A stretch of DNA of 64,000 nt, taken from NCBI GenBank assembly GCA_964515785.1, contig CAZEWH010000003.1, forward strand, positions 16,013-80,012. The letters run 5' to 3'. The stretch's first letter is position 1. Every line of letters starts with the position of its first letter. A model generated the notes under the pieces. The model was not told the DNA's origin and searched no databases. It was given only the letters and a program-made list of their open reading frames with translations. The DNA is from an uncultured Gammaproteobacteria bacterium (lineage in GTDB: Bacteria; Patescibacteriota; Patescibacteriia; UBA1558; GWA2-36-10). Of this stretch, positions 1 to 8,507 are shown piece by piece. Both the position numbers and the translations under genes were made by a program.

Positions 1-184
1 TAATAGCTTGAAAAGTGTCGCCTGATTGGCTGGCTAATTCTGCCCAAAATTGATCATCTGTTTGTGTACCGGCATTTTTGATCGGCTCTGTCTTGAGCCA
101 AGCCCAAAATATAGCAACAATAAAAAAACTTACCAGAACAAATAATAAAACTTTTTTATTTTTTTCATTGCCTAAAAAAATCAT
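1..184 (-). CDS. hypothetical signal-anchor/membrane protein, N-terminal part only (gene runs off window start)
   Basis: ATG at 184 overlaps stop of upstream gene by 4 bp (ATGA); translation MIFLGNEKNKKVLLFVLVSFFIVAIFWAWLKTEP... has hydrophobic N-terminal segment; AT-rich native composition. Confidence 0.4.
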   Translation of the reverse strand, partial: MIFLGNEKNKKVLLFVLVSFFIVAIFWAWLKTEPIKNAGTQTDDQFWAELASQSGDTFQAI

Positions 185-786
185 ACTTGAGTTTTTAAAA
201 CAATTAATTTTATATCTTCTTGGGGTAAATCTTTTTTAGATACTTTAAATTTTTCTTCTTCTTGAGCCTTTACACCAAACTCTTTGATAAAATTACTGAC
301 ATTGTCTAGCTTTAGTTTGCCTGATCCTGCTGCGTGACAACTAGGAATGACTACTCGTGGCTCTATCTGAGAGATAAGCTTACTAGCTTCTTTGGCAGTA
401 GTCAGATCATTGCCACCAACCGGCAAAATCAAAACATCAGCCCCCTCGACTAATTCTAAATCACTATTGGTTAATTCTTGATGACCATATTCTCCTAAAA
501 AAGCAATTCTAATATCTTCAAACAGAATTAAATAAATAATATTTCCGTTGATCTGACGACCATAGACAAAAATATCGTTGTGTTCGTATTCACCAGGTGA
601 ATCAACCACAAAAGCTTCTTTGTGATATTTAGCATCTTTGATCTTATCAGGATCAGAAAATAAGACTACATCAGCTTTGGTCTTGGGAAATTTAGTTGTT
701 TTGTCTAGGCTATAGGGATTAAAAACTATAGCTTTTTTAGTATTTTGAATCTTAAAATAGTTAAATCCGTACCATGAAATTGTCAT
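181..786 (-). CDS. MBL-fold (UPF0173-like) hydrolase homolog, apparently with degenerate metal-binding motif
   Basis: 201 aa; ISWYGFNYFKI...AIVFNP and LILPVGG...VVIPSCH resemble UPF0173/metallo-beta-lactamase fold proteins, but the expected HxHxDH position reads VLFSDPD. Confidence 0.45.
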   Translation of the reverse strand: MTISWYGFNYFKIQNTKKAIVFNPYSLDKTTKFPKTKADVVLFSDPDKIKDAKYHKEAFVVDSPGEYEHNDIFVYGRQINGNIIYLILFEDIRIAFLGEYGHQELTNSDLELVEGADVLILPVGGNDLTTAKEASKLISQIEPRVVIPSCHAAGSGKLKLDNVSNFIKEFGVKAQEEEKFKVSKKDLPQEDIKLIVLKTQV

Positions 787-912
787 ATTTTTTAGCTTAT
801 TTATTTACTCTAAAACGCTATTATTTTAGCATAAATATCTATAAAAGTAAAGACAAATAAGGCTATAAATAGCCTATTTTTATTGACTGAAATCAAGTAA
901 ATTTTATGCATA

Positions 913-951
913 AAAAAGACCCCACTTGTTCTCACAAATGGGGTAAAAAAA
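913..951 (-). terminator. rho-independent terminator for ORF 952-1662
   Basis: hairpin ACCCCA...TGGGGT (919-944) followed on minus strand by T-run. Confidence 0.55.
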
Positions 952-1662
952 CTAGACAACTACCTGACGGGAATGCAGGTTGACATGGGAATCAACAGAA
1001 AAGCACCAATAGATGCTGATCTCGTCATCACGAAGGTGCGAATAAACGCTCGGTACACCGTCATTGGAGACGCGCGAACCAGCACAAAGTGTCGCATTCT
1101 GGATATCCAGATGCTGACCTGTTTCACTCCAGTACTTGAGTTCATAGACCAGACGCTCTAGCAAGGTGATGGAATCAATTCCCCGCTCTTTGAGCTGGTC
1201 AACTGAAGTATTTTCCAGCTCCTCGTCAGATTCCTCTCTATCGCGAAGACGGATGACGTAATTGCAGTCAGCTACGCGGTCATTCTCGATAACATCCTTA
1301 TCCAGATTATCAACACATGTCCAGACTTTGAAGTGTTTGCGCATGACTTTAATCAAGTCGTTTAGCTTCAATCCCTTGGGGATGAAGATGACACGGTCAA
1401 AGCCGCCGGGGTTGTCGAGAATTTGAATATCAGAGAAGTCTACCGACATACGGAGGTACCTGCGGTAGAACTCCTGCCATTCTTCGCGTATATCCGAAGT
1501 AGTAAAGCAATGTTCTTCGCGCAGAAAACGCTTTAGGCTCTGAAACCACATCTGGCCATTGGGACCAGCCAGTTTTTGCAACAGGTCATACAGTGTGCCT
1601 AGCGTAACTACCGGCAGCTGTACGAGCTGAGCTCTAATCATACCGAGCATGTCTCTAGACAT
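952..1662 (-). CDS. hypothetical protein, GC-rich ORFan (island A)
   Basis: 236-aa ORF; codon usage (CTG/GCC/CGC) and GC clearly above flanks; AAGGAG 7 nt upstream of ATG; own terminator; no recognisable motif. Confidence 0.55.
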   Translation of the reverse strand: MSRDMLGMIRAQLVQLPVVTLGTLYDLLQKLAGPNGQMWFQSLKRFLREEHCFTTSDIREEWQEFYRRYLRMSVDFSDIQILDNPGGFDRVIFIPKGLKLNDLIKVMRKHFKVWTCVDNLDKDVIENDRVADCNYVIRLRDREESDEELENTSVDQLKERGIDSITLLERLVYELKYWSETGQHLDIQNATLCAGSRVSNDGVPSVYSHLRDDEISIYWCFSVDSHVNLHSRQVVV

Positions 1663-1885
1663 GGTCAGTCTCCTTTATTTAAAGGACAGTATCACTCCAG
1701 GCTTTCTAGAGTAATATGCAATAATAGCATATTTTGTTTATTTTGTCAATATTATACATACATCTAAACATTCTTGACCTTTTTCATAATTTATGGTAAA
1801 TTACAGACCAATTCAATAATAAATTTTCTCATGTCCATGCGTGAGACACTCAGTTTAAAAACTGGGTTAACGATTAATAATTAAC

Positions 1886-3112
1886 ATGACAAGTACACAA
1901 ACAAGTCCAATGGAGGCCTTACTTCAAGACGAAAAGGCTGTCCAAGTCCCAAAAATTGGTGACATGGTCACAGGTAAAGTGATCTCTATCTCTAAAAACG
2001 AAATTTATCTAGATCTAGAAGGTATTACGACCGGTATTATTCGTGGTCGCGAAATCTACGATGAATCTGATGAATTTTCAAATCTTAAAGTCGATGAAAA
2101 AGCAACCGCTACTGTCATCGGTCTTGATAATGAAAATGGCTACATGGAATTATCTTTCCGTGAAGCTGGTCACAAAAAAGCTTGGGACAATTTAGAAAAA
2201 CTTTATAACGATGGAGAAATCATTGCCTCTAAAGTATTTGATGCCAATAAAGGTGGCTTGATGATCAAATTAGGTAATGTGATTGGCTTTTTACCAGTTT
2301 CTCAATTAACTATCGAACACTATCCTCGTATTGAAGGTGGTGACAAAAATAAAATCTTGACTCATTTGAAATCATTTATTGGTCAAGATATGAAAACAAA
2401 GATTATCGATGTCAATGAAAAAGAAGAAAAACTGATTGTTTCAGAAAAAGCTGCTTGGGATGACAAACAAAAGAAAGTTATCTCCAAATATAGAGTTGGT
2501 GACAAAGTCAAAGGTAAAATCACTGGTGTGGTCGACTTTGGTGCTTTTGTAGAATTTGGTGACAACCTCGAAGGTCTGGTCCATATCTCAGAGCTAGCTT
2601 GGCAGCGCATTGATGATCCTCGTGATATCGTCAAAGTTGGCGACATTGTCGAAACTGCTATTATTGATATCGAAAATACAAAGATTTCTTTGTCTATCAA
2701 AAAACTTAAGAAAGATCCTTGGGTCGATGTTGATAAAAAATACAAAGCTGGCGATATAGTCAACGGAAAAGTTATCAAAGTCAATCCTTTTGGTGCCTTT
2801 GTAGAACTAGATGACGATATTCATGGCTTAGTCCATATTTCTGAAATCAGTAACAAAAAAATCTCAAATCTAGAAGATACTATAGAGGTTGGTAAAAAAT
2901 ACGACTTTAATATTTTGAGTGTAGAACCACATAATCATCGTCTTGGTTTGTCTTTAAAAAAGAAAGATTCTAAAAAATCTGCAGACAAAGAAACTCCAAA
3001 AAAAGAAGATAAACCTGCTAAAGAAGATAAAAAAGACGAAGAAAAAACTGACGAAAAAAAAGAGGTTAAAGAAACTAAAGAAGAAAAAGTAGAAGAAAAA
3101 GCTAAAAAATAA
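1886..3112 (+). CDS. rpsA: 30S ribosomal protein S1
   Basis: 408 aa with four S1-like repeats (e.g. GDKVKGKITGVVDFGAFVEFGDNLEGLVHISE) and Lys/Glu-rich C-terminal tail. Confidence 0.85.
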   Translation: MTSTQTSPMEALLQDEKAVQVPKIGDMVTGKVISISKNEIYLDLEGITTGIIRGREIYDESDEFSNLKVDEKATATVIGLDNENGYMELSFREAGHKKAWDNLEKLYNDGEIIASKVFDANKGGLMIKLGNVIGFLPVSQLTIEHYPRIEGGDKNKILTHLKSFIGQDMKTKIIDVNEKEEKLIVSEKAAWDDKQKKVISKYRVGDKVKGKITGVVDFGAFVEFGDNLEGLVHISELAWQRIDDPRDIVKVGDIVETAIIDIENTKISLSIKKLKKDPWVDVDKKYKAGDIVNGKVIKVNPFGAFVELDDDIHGLVHISEISNKKISNLEDTIEVGKKYDFNILSVEPHNHRLGLSLKKKDSKKSADKETPKKEDKPAKEDKKDEEKTDEKKEVKETKEEKVEEKAKK

Positions 3113-3117
3113 TTTTT

Positions 3118-4926
3118 ATGAAAAAAATCATCAAAAATTTTGTAATATTTTTCCTTATATTTGCAGTCTTAGCAAGCATCTTTGCTGCTTTTGATAAGCA
3201 AGATGATAATATTGAATCTATTACTATCACTCAACTTGTCCAAGAAATAAATAATGAGCAAGTAGAGAGTATAGAAGTAACTGGTAATGAACTGAATATT
3301 ACTCTAACAAATAAAGAATCTCGTTTGAGTCAAAAAGAAACCAACGAATCTTTGAGTACTTTACTGAGTAATTATGAAATAGCTCCTGACAAACTAGCCA
3401 AGGTCAATATTACTATTGGTGATGAACCAACTAAAGGAGTTTTCATGACTAGTATTTTTCCGTTTTTGATTCCTATCATCTTTATTATTGCTTTGATCTG
3501 GTTTATGATGCGCCAGGTCCAAGGTGTAAATAATCGAGCTATGACCTTTGGTCAATCTGGTGCTAAGGTTGCTGACCAACAAAAGCAAAAATATACTTTC
3601 AAAGATGTAGCTGGTGCTTATGAAGCTAAAGAAGATCTCAAAGAAATAGTAGAATTTTTACAACAACCACAAAAATTTATTTCCCTAGGCGCCAAAATCC
3701 CTAAAGGTGTACTATTACTTGGTGCTCCTGGTACTGGTAAGACTCTATTAGCTAGGGCAGTGGCTGGTGAAGCTAAAGTTCCGTTTTTTCATATTTCTGG
3801 TTCTGAATTTGTAGAAATGTTTGTAGGTGTAGGTGCTAGCCGTGTTCGTGATTTATTTAAAAAAGCAAAAAAAGCTGCTCCTTGTTTGATATTTATTGAT
3901 GAAATTGATGCAGTTGGTCGCCAACGTGGTGCTGGATTAGGTGGTTCTCATGATGAAAGAGAACAAACTCTAAACCAAATCTTGGTAGAAATGGATGGTT
4001 TTGATAACCAAACAAATATTATCATTATTGCTGCTACCAATAGACCAGATGTCTTGGATCCTGCCTTGCTCCGACCAGGACGTTTTGATCGTCAAGTAGT
4101 TATAGATATTCCAGATATCAAAGAAAGAAAGGCTATCTTAAAAATTCATGCCAAAGACAAACCCTTGGAAAAAGACGTAGACCTCAAACAAGTGGCTCAA
4201 CGTACTCCGGGATTTTCTGGAGCAGATCTATCCAATGTCTTGAATGAGGCTGCTATCATGGCTGCCAAAGAAGATAAAAAAATTATTAATCATCAAACTA
4301 TATTGGACGCTATTGAAAGAGTCTTGTTAGGACGTGAAAGAAAAAGTCATATCTTATCTGACAAAGAAAAAAAAATAACAGCTTATCATGAAGCTGGTCA
4401 TGCTATCGTAGCGCATGTCCTACCAAATGCTGACCCAGTCCACAAAGTATCTATTATTTCTCGTGGTAGAGCAGCCGGCTATACTATCAATCTTCCTCAA
4501 GAAGACAAAAAAATGCAAGGTTATTCTGACTTTTTGGATAACATGGCCGTCCTACTTGGTGGCTATGCAGCTGAAGAAATGTATTTTGATGAAGTGACTA
4601 CTGGAGCCAGTAATGATCTCAAAAAATTGACCAGTATTGCTCGTCAGATTGTCACTCAATATGGTATGGACAAAAAACTAGGGCCACGTACTTTTGGTCA
4701 AAAAGAAGAAATGGTTTTCTTGGGTAAAGAAATCCACGAAAGACGTGACTATAGTGAAAAAACTGCTGAAGTAATAGATGAAGAAATTTCTAAATATGTA
4801 AAACAAGCTCTGGAAACTGCCAAGAAAGTAATCACTGACAATAAAGACAAGATAGAAAAAATAGCCAAAGTCTTGGTAGAAAAAGAAACTCTAGAAAAAG
4901 AAGCTTTTGATGCATTAGTTGCTTAA
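3118..4926 (+). CDS. ftsH: ATP-dependent zinc metalloprotease FtsH
   Basis: N-terminal TM helices; Walker A GAPGTGKT; Walker B IIFIDEID; SRH; zinc motif [10 protein letters not shown]. Confidence 0.9.
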   Translation: MKKIIKNFVIFFLIFAVLASIFAAFDKQDDNIESITITQLVQEINNEQVESIEVTGNELNITLTNKESRLSQKETNESLSTLLSNYEIAPDKLAKVNITIGDEPTKGVFMTSIFPFLIPIIFIIALIWFMMRQVQGVNNRAMTFGQSGAKVADQQKQKYTFKDVAGAYEAKEDLKEIVEFLQQPQKFISLGAKIPKGVLLLGAPGTGKTLLARAVAGEAKVPFFHISGSEFVEMFVGVGASRVRDLFKKAKKAAPCLIFIDEIDAVGRQRGAGLGGSHDEREQTLNQILVEMDGFDNQTNIIIIAATNRPDVLDPALLRPGRFDRQVVIDIPDIKERKAILKIHAKDKPLEKDVDLKQVAQRTPGFSGADLSNVLNEAAIMAAKEDKKIINHQTILDAIERVLLGRERKSHILSDKEKKITAYHEAGHAIVAHVLPNADPVHKVSIISRGRAAGYTINLPQEDKKMQGYSDFLDNMAVLLGGYAAEEMYFDEVTTGASNDLKKLTSIARQIVTQYGMDKKLGPRTFGQKEEMVFLGKEIHERRDYSEKTAEVIDEEISKYVKQALETAKKVITDNKDKIEKIAKVLVEKETLEKEAFDALVA

Positions 4927-4935
4927 ATAGAAAAA

Positions 4936-4964
4936 CCCGCTGAACTTAAGCGGGTTTTTTGTTT
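4936..4964 (+). terminator. rho-independent terminator after ftsH
   Basis: CCCGCTGAACTTAAGCGGG hairpin followed by TTTTTTGTTTT. Confidence 0.7.
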
Positions 4965-5012
4965 TAATAAAAAAACTGGAGTCCCTATTTATATAGTTAC
5001 TCCAGTAAAGAT

Positions 5013-5354
5013 TCAAAGATCCAAACCCTCCACCTTAGCGGGGTCAAGTTGACTGCCACCATTAGGGAAAAGAACCATCGGGCCCATGGTCGGCATCATA
5101 CACATGATACGACCATTACTAATCTCCTGAGGTTTAATCTCGTTACCGTTTACAGAGCTAGTAGTGATGTCCCATTTTCTCCAGGTACCCTCACCTGGGG
5201 TCATGGCAGCCATCCACTCATTTTCAAAGCGGACCATACCATAATCGTCGATGGTAATACTCTTGATGGGCCCACGATAAACACTACCGCCCTCTTGAGT
5301 CTCAATATCACCACCAATAAACTTGCCACTGTCGACTACTTCTTGCCATTCCAT
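5013..5354 (-). CDS. hypothetical protein, GC-rich ORFan (island B)
   Basis: ORF 5013-5369; preferred start is second ATG (5354) because GGGAGG lies 7 nt upstream of it (inside codons 2-3 of the longer ORF); translation MEWQEVVDSGKFIGGDIETQEGG...; no known motif. Confidence 0.5.
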   Translation of the reverse strand: MEWQEVVDSGKFIGGDIETQEGGSVYRGPIKSITIDDYGMVRFENEWMAAMTPGEGTWRKWDITTSSVNGNEIKPQEISNGRIMCMMPTMGPMVLFPNGGSQLDPAKVEGLDL

Positions 5355-5439
5355 AAACTGACCTCCCATTAGGGTTTAAAAACAACAGATGAATTCATAA
5401 TAAATTAACACTAAGCTAAATTATTGTCAAATAGAAGAA

Positions 5440-5705
5440 CCAGTGCTTCTGATGGATAGACCTTGCGGCGCACCATCCACACTGGTTCAGCTCGGTCCTC
5501 AATGACCATGATTTAGTCACTCCGCGTACGGACGAGGACCCTTCGTTAGATCCTAGTTATTCAAATAAGCCAATGTGGCTCTCCATCTACCGGTTGCTAC
5601 CGGCAGGCTTGGAAACAGCAGATATTGTATCCAGCTTTCGGCCTATCATGTGGTGAACCCACTTCGCCGCAGCACGCAATACATAGAGCTACTGCTCACG
5701 TTTAG
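5440..5705 (-). other. GC-rich non-coding block upstream of ORF 5013-5354; candidate structured leader or small RNA
   Basis: about 270 bp with no ORF of 60 aa or more on either strand, GC far above flanks, long-range complementarity (TGCGGCG near 5' end with CGCCGCA near 3' end on minus strand); no match to tmRNA/RNase P/SRP/rRNA signature strings that I know. Confidence 0.3.
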
Positions 5706-5803
5706 AATCTATTTATGAGATTAGCAAATAAATTATTTTTAGTCAAAATATTTACAGTTATGGATATCTCAGTTAAAATAGTAATATAAATTAAATAAAC
5801 ACT

Positions 5804-6346
5804 ATGAAAAAAATTATTTTAACTATTATAATTTTGGCTCTAGTAATTTTCTTTTGGCCAAAATATAATGGTAGTGGCGGTAGTGCTGTTGACGCTAAAA
5901 ATACTCAATGTCAATGCATTGGTATTCAAAAAGATTGGGTAGCTATTGGCTCTTGGAAGTCTACTTGTTATGGAATTCCTATAGATTGCCAAACTACTTA
6001 TGGAACAAGAGACCATCTAACTACTATTTCTGAAATAAAAAATACTAAGCCTACTACAGGTAATTTTATTGTAGAAGGCTATGTAGTAAAAATATATACT
6101 TGCCCCTCATGTCCGCCAGGAGCTCAATGTAAACCTTGTATGAAAAATAATATTATAATTTCAACTAATAATAATTTGCTTGAAACTTATGATCTATCAG
6201 ATAATGAATTAATATTATTTATAAACGACCTTGAAGGACTTGAGTTAGGTAAAAAATACGAATTCTCTATAAATATTCTAGATTATAAATCTACTTTGGA
6301 AAATATAAATGATATCAAAATAGCTGGATGGAATCCAATAGAATAA
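5804..6346 (+). CDS. secreted cysteine-rich hypothetical protein (native composition)
   Basis: 180 aa; N-terminal signal/anchor MKKIILTIIILALVIFF; multiple CxC/CPxC pairs; TTTACA-17-TAAAAT promoter upstream. Confidence 0.55.
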   Translation: MKKIILTIIILALVIFFWPKYNGSGGSAVDAKNTQCQCIGIQKDWVAIGSWKSTCYGIPIDCQTTYGTRDHLTTISEIKNTKPTTGNFIVEGYVVKIYTCPSCPPGAQCKPCMKNNIIISTNNNLLETYDLSDNELILFINDLEGLELGKKYEFSINILDYKSTLENINDIKIAGWNPIE

Positions 6347-6349
6347 AAT

Positions 6350-6386
6350 AAAAAAGTCGTGGTATAGTCCACGACTTTATTTTTTA
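6350..6386. terminator. bidirectional terminator shared by convergent genes
   Basis: AGTCGTGG-TATAGT-CCACGACT hairpin flanked by A-run and T-run. Confidence 0.6.
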
Positions 6387-6704
6387 AACCTCGATGATCA
6401 CCGTATGATCGGCTGTGCCATGCTCCCAGCGAGGATTAAAATCCGGCTGCTGGAAAGTCTCATGGTAACGTGGATGAAGATCACTCTCCAGAGAGCAAAC
6501 GTCTTCGGTAGTCATCACGACTAGACAAGTGGCATCGCCAAAGCCTGTCCGTAAAGCCAAGCTATGAGCCTCTTCGGTACTCAGTGGCCACTTGGCTGCC
6601 AAGGACTGAGCCATGGATTTGGCCAACATACCATTACAGCCAGCTACGACTTTCATGACCACCTGACCATCTGAAGTGACTGTTACTAAACCTTGCGTTG
6701 CCAT
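6384..6704 (-). CDS. hypothetical protein, GC-rich (island C, third gene)
   Basis: ATG at 6704 preceded by AAGGAGG with 5-6 nt spacing (track ORF starts 6 nt earlier at a GTG); translation MATQGLVTVTSDGQVVMKVVAGCNG...; no known motif. Confidence 0.5.
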   Translation of the reverse strand: MATQGLVTVTSDGQVVMKVVAGCNGMLAKSMAQSLAAKWPLSTEEAHSLALRTGFGDATCLVVMTTEDVCSLESDLHPRYHETFQQPDFNPRWEHGTADHTVIIEV

Positions 6705-6714
6705 ATCCACCTCC

Positions 6715-6933
6715 TTAGGATCTGAAAATGTTTAGAAGAATCCAGCTGTCCCCCCGATCATCCTCCTGGCCGCGGGCCAGCTCCTGATCTAGATGAGGGC
6801 ATGATGTGGCAATGAAAATCTGCTCATCAGTGCGGGCAAGACCGACTGCTAGGGGTATTTCAGCTGAGGCCCTGCAATCGTACTGCTTGCATTCGCAAAG
6901 AATTGCCTGTGTTTCCTCGACTGCTTCGGACAC
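6715..6933 (-). CDS. small Cys-rich hypothetical protein, GC-rich (island C, second gene)
   Basis: track ORF 6715-6996 overlaps upstream gene; AAGGAGG then GTG at 6933 gives a 72-aa product MSEAVEETQAILCECKQYDCRAS...SCPH... without overlap; SD of next gene overlaps its stop. Confidence 0.4.
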   Translation of the reverse strand: MSEAVEETQAILCECKQYDCRASAEIPLAVGLARTDEQIFIATSCPHLDQELARGQEDDRGDSWILLNIFRS

Positions 6934-6955
6934 AACGGCCTCCTTAATGGTAGTT

Positions 6956-7165
6956 CTACAAACCGATTCGACCTTTGATCTGTCTTTCGGTTTCATCCAT
7001 TTTCTTTTTAAGAACCCAGAAGGCTCTTATCTGAAATCCTCCGCCGATTGTGATAATCGCCAAAGGAAGGACAATCCAAGCTGGATGCGTTGTCACATCT
7101 TTGAGAACAAAAGCTAATATCGTTCCAATAACGATAAAGCAAATACCAACTAAGAAATTCTTCAT
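6956..7165 (-). CDS. small two-helix membrane protein (island C, first gene)
   Basis: 69 aa, two hydrophobic stretches; AGAGG 6 nt upstream of ATG. Confidence 0.45.
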   Translation of the reverse strand: MKNFLVGICFIVIGTILAFVLKDVTTHPAWIVLPLAIITIGGGFQIRAFWVLKKKMDETERQIKGRIGL

Positions 7166-7292
7166 CTTGCACCTCTTTGACTTTTGAATTTATGTACGTA
7201 AAACATAGCAATATAACATAAATATATTGCTTTGTCAACATGTACCACTCACACTTTGTGTTCGGGTACATGTTTAAAAATACTAAATAAAA

Positions 7293-7313
7293 AGACCTGA
7301 ATGATTCAGGTCT
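7293..7313 (-). terminator. terminator hairpin containing the stop codon of ORF 7306-7632
   Basis: AGACCTGA-ATCATT-CAGGTCT hairpin then T-run on minus strand; TGA stop lies inside stem. Confidence 0.5.
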
Positions 7314-7632
7314 TGAAATCGTAATTCCAGCTGATTCTAATAATGAACTGGCTGCACTGTTTATCAACTCGCAGAATAGTAGAATTCAACTCCCAACTGT
7401 CCATCACAGCTTGATGACCATACTTTTTGCGTAGCAAACCCAACACATATTCATCAGTGATCTTTGTCTCACTAGGACGGACAATCCAAAAAGTGCTAGT
7501 CCTCAAGCCGTTTACTACCTTGGGTTTACCTCTAGGAAAAAGCATTCCCAAGATATCCGGGACACCGGAAAAACCATCTCTGTCTATGAGAAAAAGACGA
7601 TCTGACAAAGCAAAGTTATCACTAGGCCGCAT
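7306..7632 (-). CDS. hypothetical protein, GC-rich ORFan (island D1)
   Basis: 108 aa; AGGAGG 7 nt upstream; own terminator; no motif recognised. Confidence 0.5.
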   Translation of the reverse strand: MRPSDNFALSDRLFLIDRDGFSGVPDILGMLFPRGKPKVVNGLRTSTFWIVRPSETKITDEYVLGLLRKKYGHQAVMDSWELNSTILRVDKQCSQFIIRISWNYDFKT

Positions 7633-7747
7633 TGTTGTGCCTCCTGTTCTGTTGATTTAGAAGAACTCAAGTCTATACTTAGACTAGCTGAATTAAATAA
7701 ATATAGCAAGTAAAAAAGAGCTAGCAAATTGCTAACTCTTTGAAAAA

Positions 7748-8044
7748 CTAGTCCTCGTCCTGATTCCGCGGATCGCGGAACTTGAGCTCATGCCTGTCGC
7801 AGAACTTGGCCAGGAATTGGTAAAAACGCTCTTCATCATTTTCCCAAATCTTGACCTCAATATGCCAACCATTGGGATGATCGCGATATGTCTCAACGGG
7901 TTGAAACATTTTTCCAGCGTGTGTATCATGCACAGCAAACTCTTCGCCGTAGTTAATGATGAACTCCCAGACATGCGGCAGGGGAATTACAATATGAAGA
8001 TAGATAAAGCGCATGTAAATACTTACATCGTGCTCTTTAGGCAT
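7748..8044 (-). CDS. hypothetical protein, GC-rich ORFan (island D2)
   Basis: 98 aa; AGGAGG 6 nt upstream of ATG; 5'-UTR shares a 20-nt module with the ORF at 34872-35075. Confidence 0.5.
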   Translation of the reverse strand: MPKEHDVSIYMRFIYLHIVIPLPHVWEFIINYGEEFAVHDTHAGKMFQPVETYRDHPNGWHIEVKIWENDEERFYQFLAKFCDRHELKFRDPRNQDED

Positions 8045-8163
8045 TAGATCCCTCCTGGTAAAGGTACAAAAACAAACTTAAATTACTCTTTTATAGTAAA
8101 ATTGTCAAATTGCTCAAGAATTAAAGCAATGTTATAATAAAAACATTATTAATATAATAAAAT

Positions 8164-8502
8164 ATGTTTAAACCAGAATTAACACAACAACCAGCCGAAG
8201 GTGCTGAGCAAAGTCGAAGTACTGAAAATTCTGAACCAGAAATGAGTCCTGAGCTCAGAGCAGGTCGTGAAGCATTATTAGCTGATCTAGAAGAAGCTGG
8301 CGAAGAAGGTTTGCGAATAATTTATTATGCAGCTGATGTAGTCATCAAGCCAGTACCTGGAGATCCGGAGCGCGTCACTTTTGAAACGCAGCAAGGCAAT
8401 AGTCGCTGGACAGGTAAAAGAAAATTTGGCAACGAGACCGTTACTCTCAATAGCATGGTTTTGCACTCCAAATATAAAAATACATTAGATAAAGCCGCTT
8501 AA
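8164..8502 (+). CDS. hypothetical acidic protein
   Basis: 112-aa ORF immediately upstream of CorC-like gene; no SD; moderately GC-rich 5' half; no motif. Confidence 0.35.
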   Translation: MFKPELTQQPAEGAEQSRSTENSEPEMSPELRAGREALLADLEEAGEEGLRIIYYAADVVIKPVPGDPERVTFETQQGNSRWTGKRKFGNETVTLNSMVLHSKYKNTLDKAA

Positions 8503-8507
8503 AAAAT

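Noticed and set aside
960-1161. ORFs 960-1145 (-) and 973-1161 (+) inside the 952-1662 gene
   Set aside because: They are alternative-frame or antisense reading frames inside a GC-rich real gene. High GC lowers stop-codon frequency, and they have no SD.
2383-2784. 133-aa antisense ORF within rpsA; similar antisense or alternate-frame ORFs at 3394-3588, 4415-4597, 11025-11432, 12613-13032, 13522-13740, 14109-14480, 15149-15385, 16069-16260, 16659-17028, 20627-20836, 21040-21314, 24485-24730, 25165-25362, 29709-29957, 30722-31198, 32195-32422, 32933-33637, 37035-37648, 38019-38219, 41041-41774, 43939-44339, 46952-47191, 47632-47844, 48025-48333, 50151-49837, 54519-54722, 56385-56627, 57738-58340, 59749-59973
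   Set aside because: Each lies wholly inside a longer ORF with clear homology motifs on the other strand or frame and has low-complexity or odd composition. They are treated as spurious.
5049-5372. 107-aa plus-strand ORF antisense to cassette ORF 5013-5354
   Set aside because: There is no SD, and the minus-strand ORF has SD plus terminator context. GC-rich regions generate long antisense frames.
5440-5705. Possibility that the GC-rich non-coding block is tmRNA, RNase P RNA, SRP RNA or an rRNA fragment
   Set aside because: I could not find the hallmark strings for any of these. Examples are the tRNA-like 3' end with TCCACCA-type terminus, the AGGAAAGTCCGGGCTCC P4 region, the SRP GGAA tetraloop-domain consensus, and 16S/23S universal segments. 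It is kept only as an unclassified candidate.
6806-7632. Track ORFs 6806-7117 (+), 7008-7367 (-), 7427-7660 (+)
   Set aside because: They overlap the SD-supported cassette genes 6715-6933, 6956-7165 and 7306-7632 in other frames and have no start-site support.
7732-8047. ORFs 7732-7974 (-) and 7790-8047 (+) overlapping 7748-8044
   Set aside because: Only the 7748-8044 frame has an AGGAGG-ATG arrangement. The others are frame artefacts.
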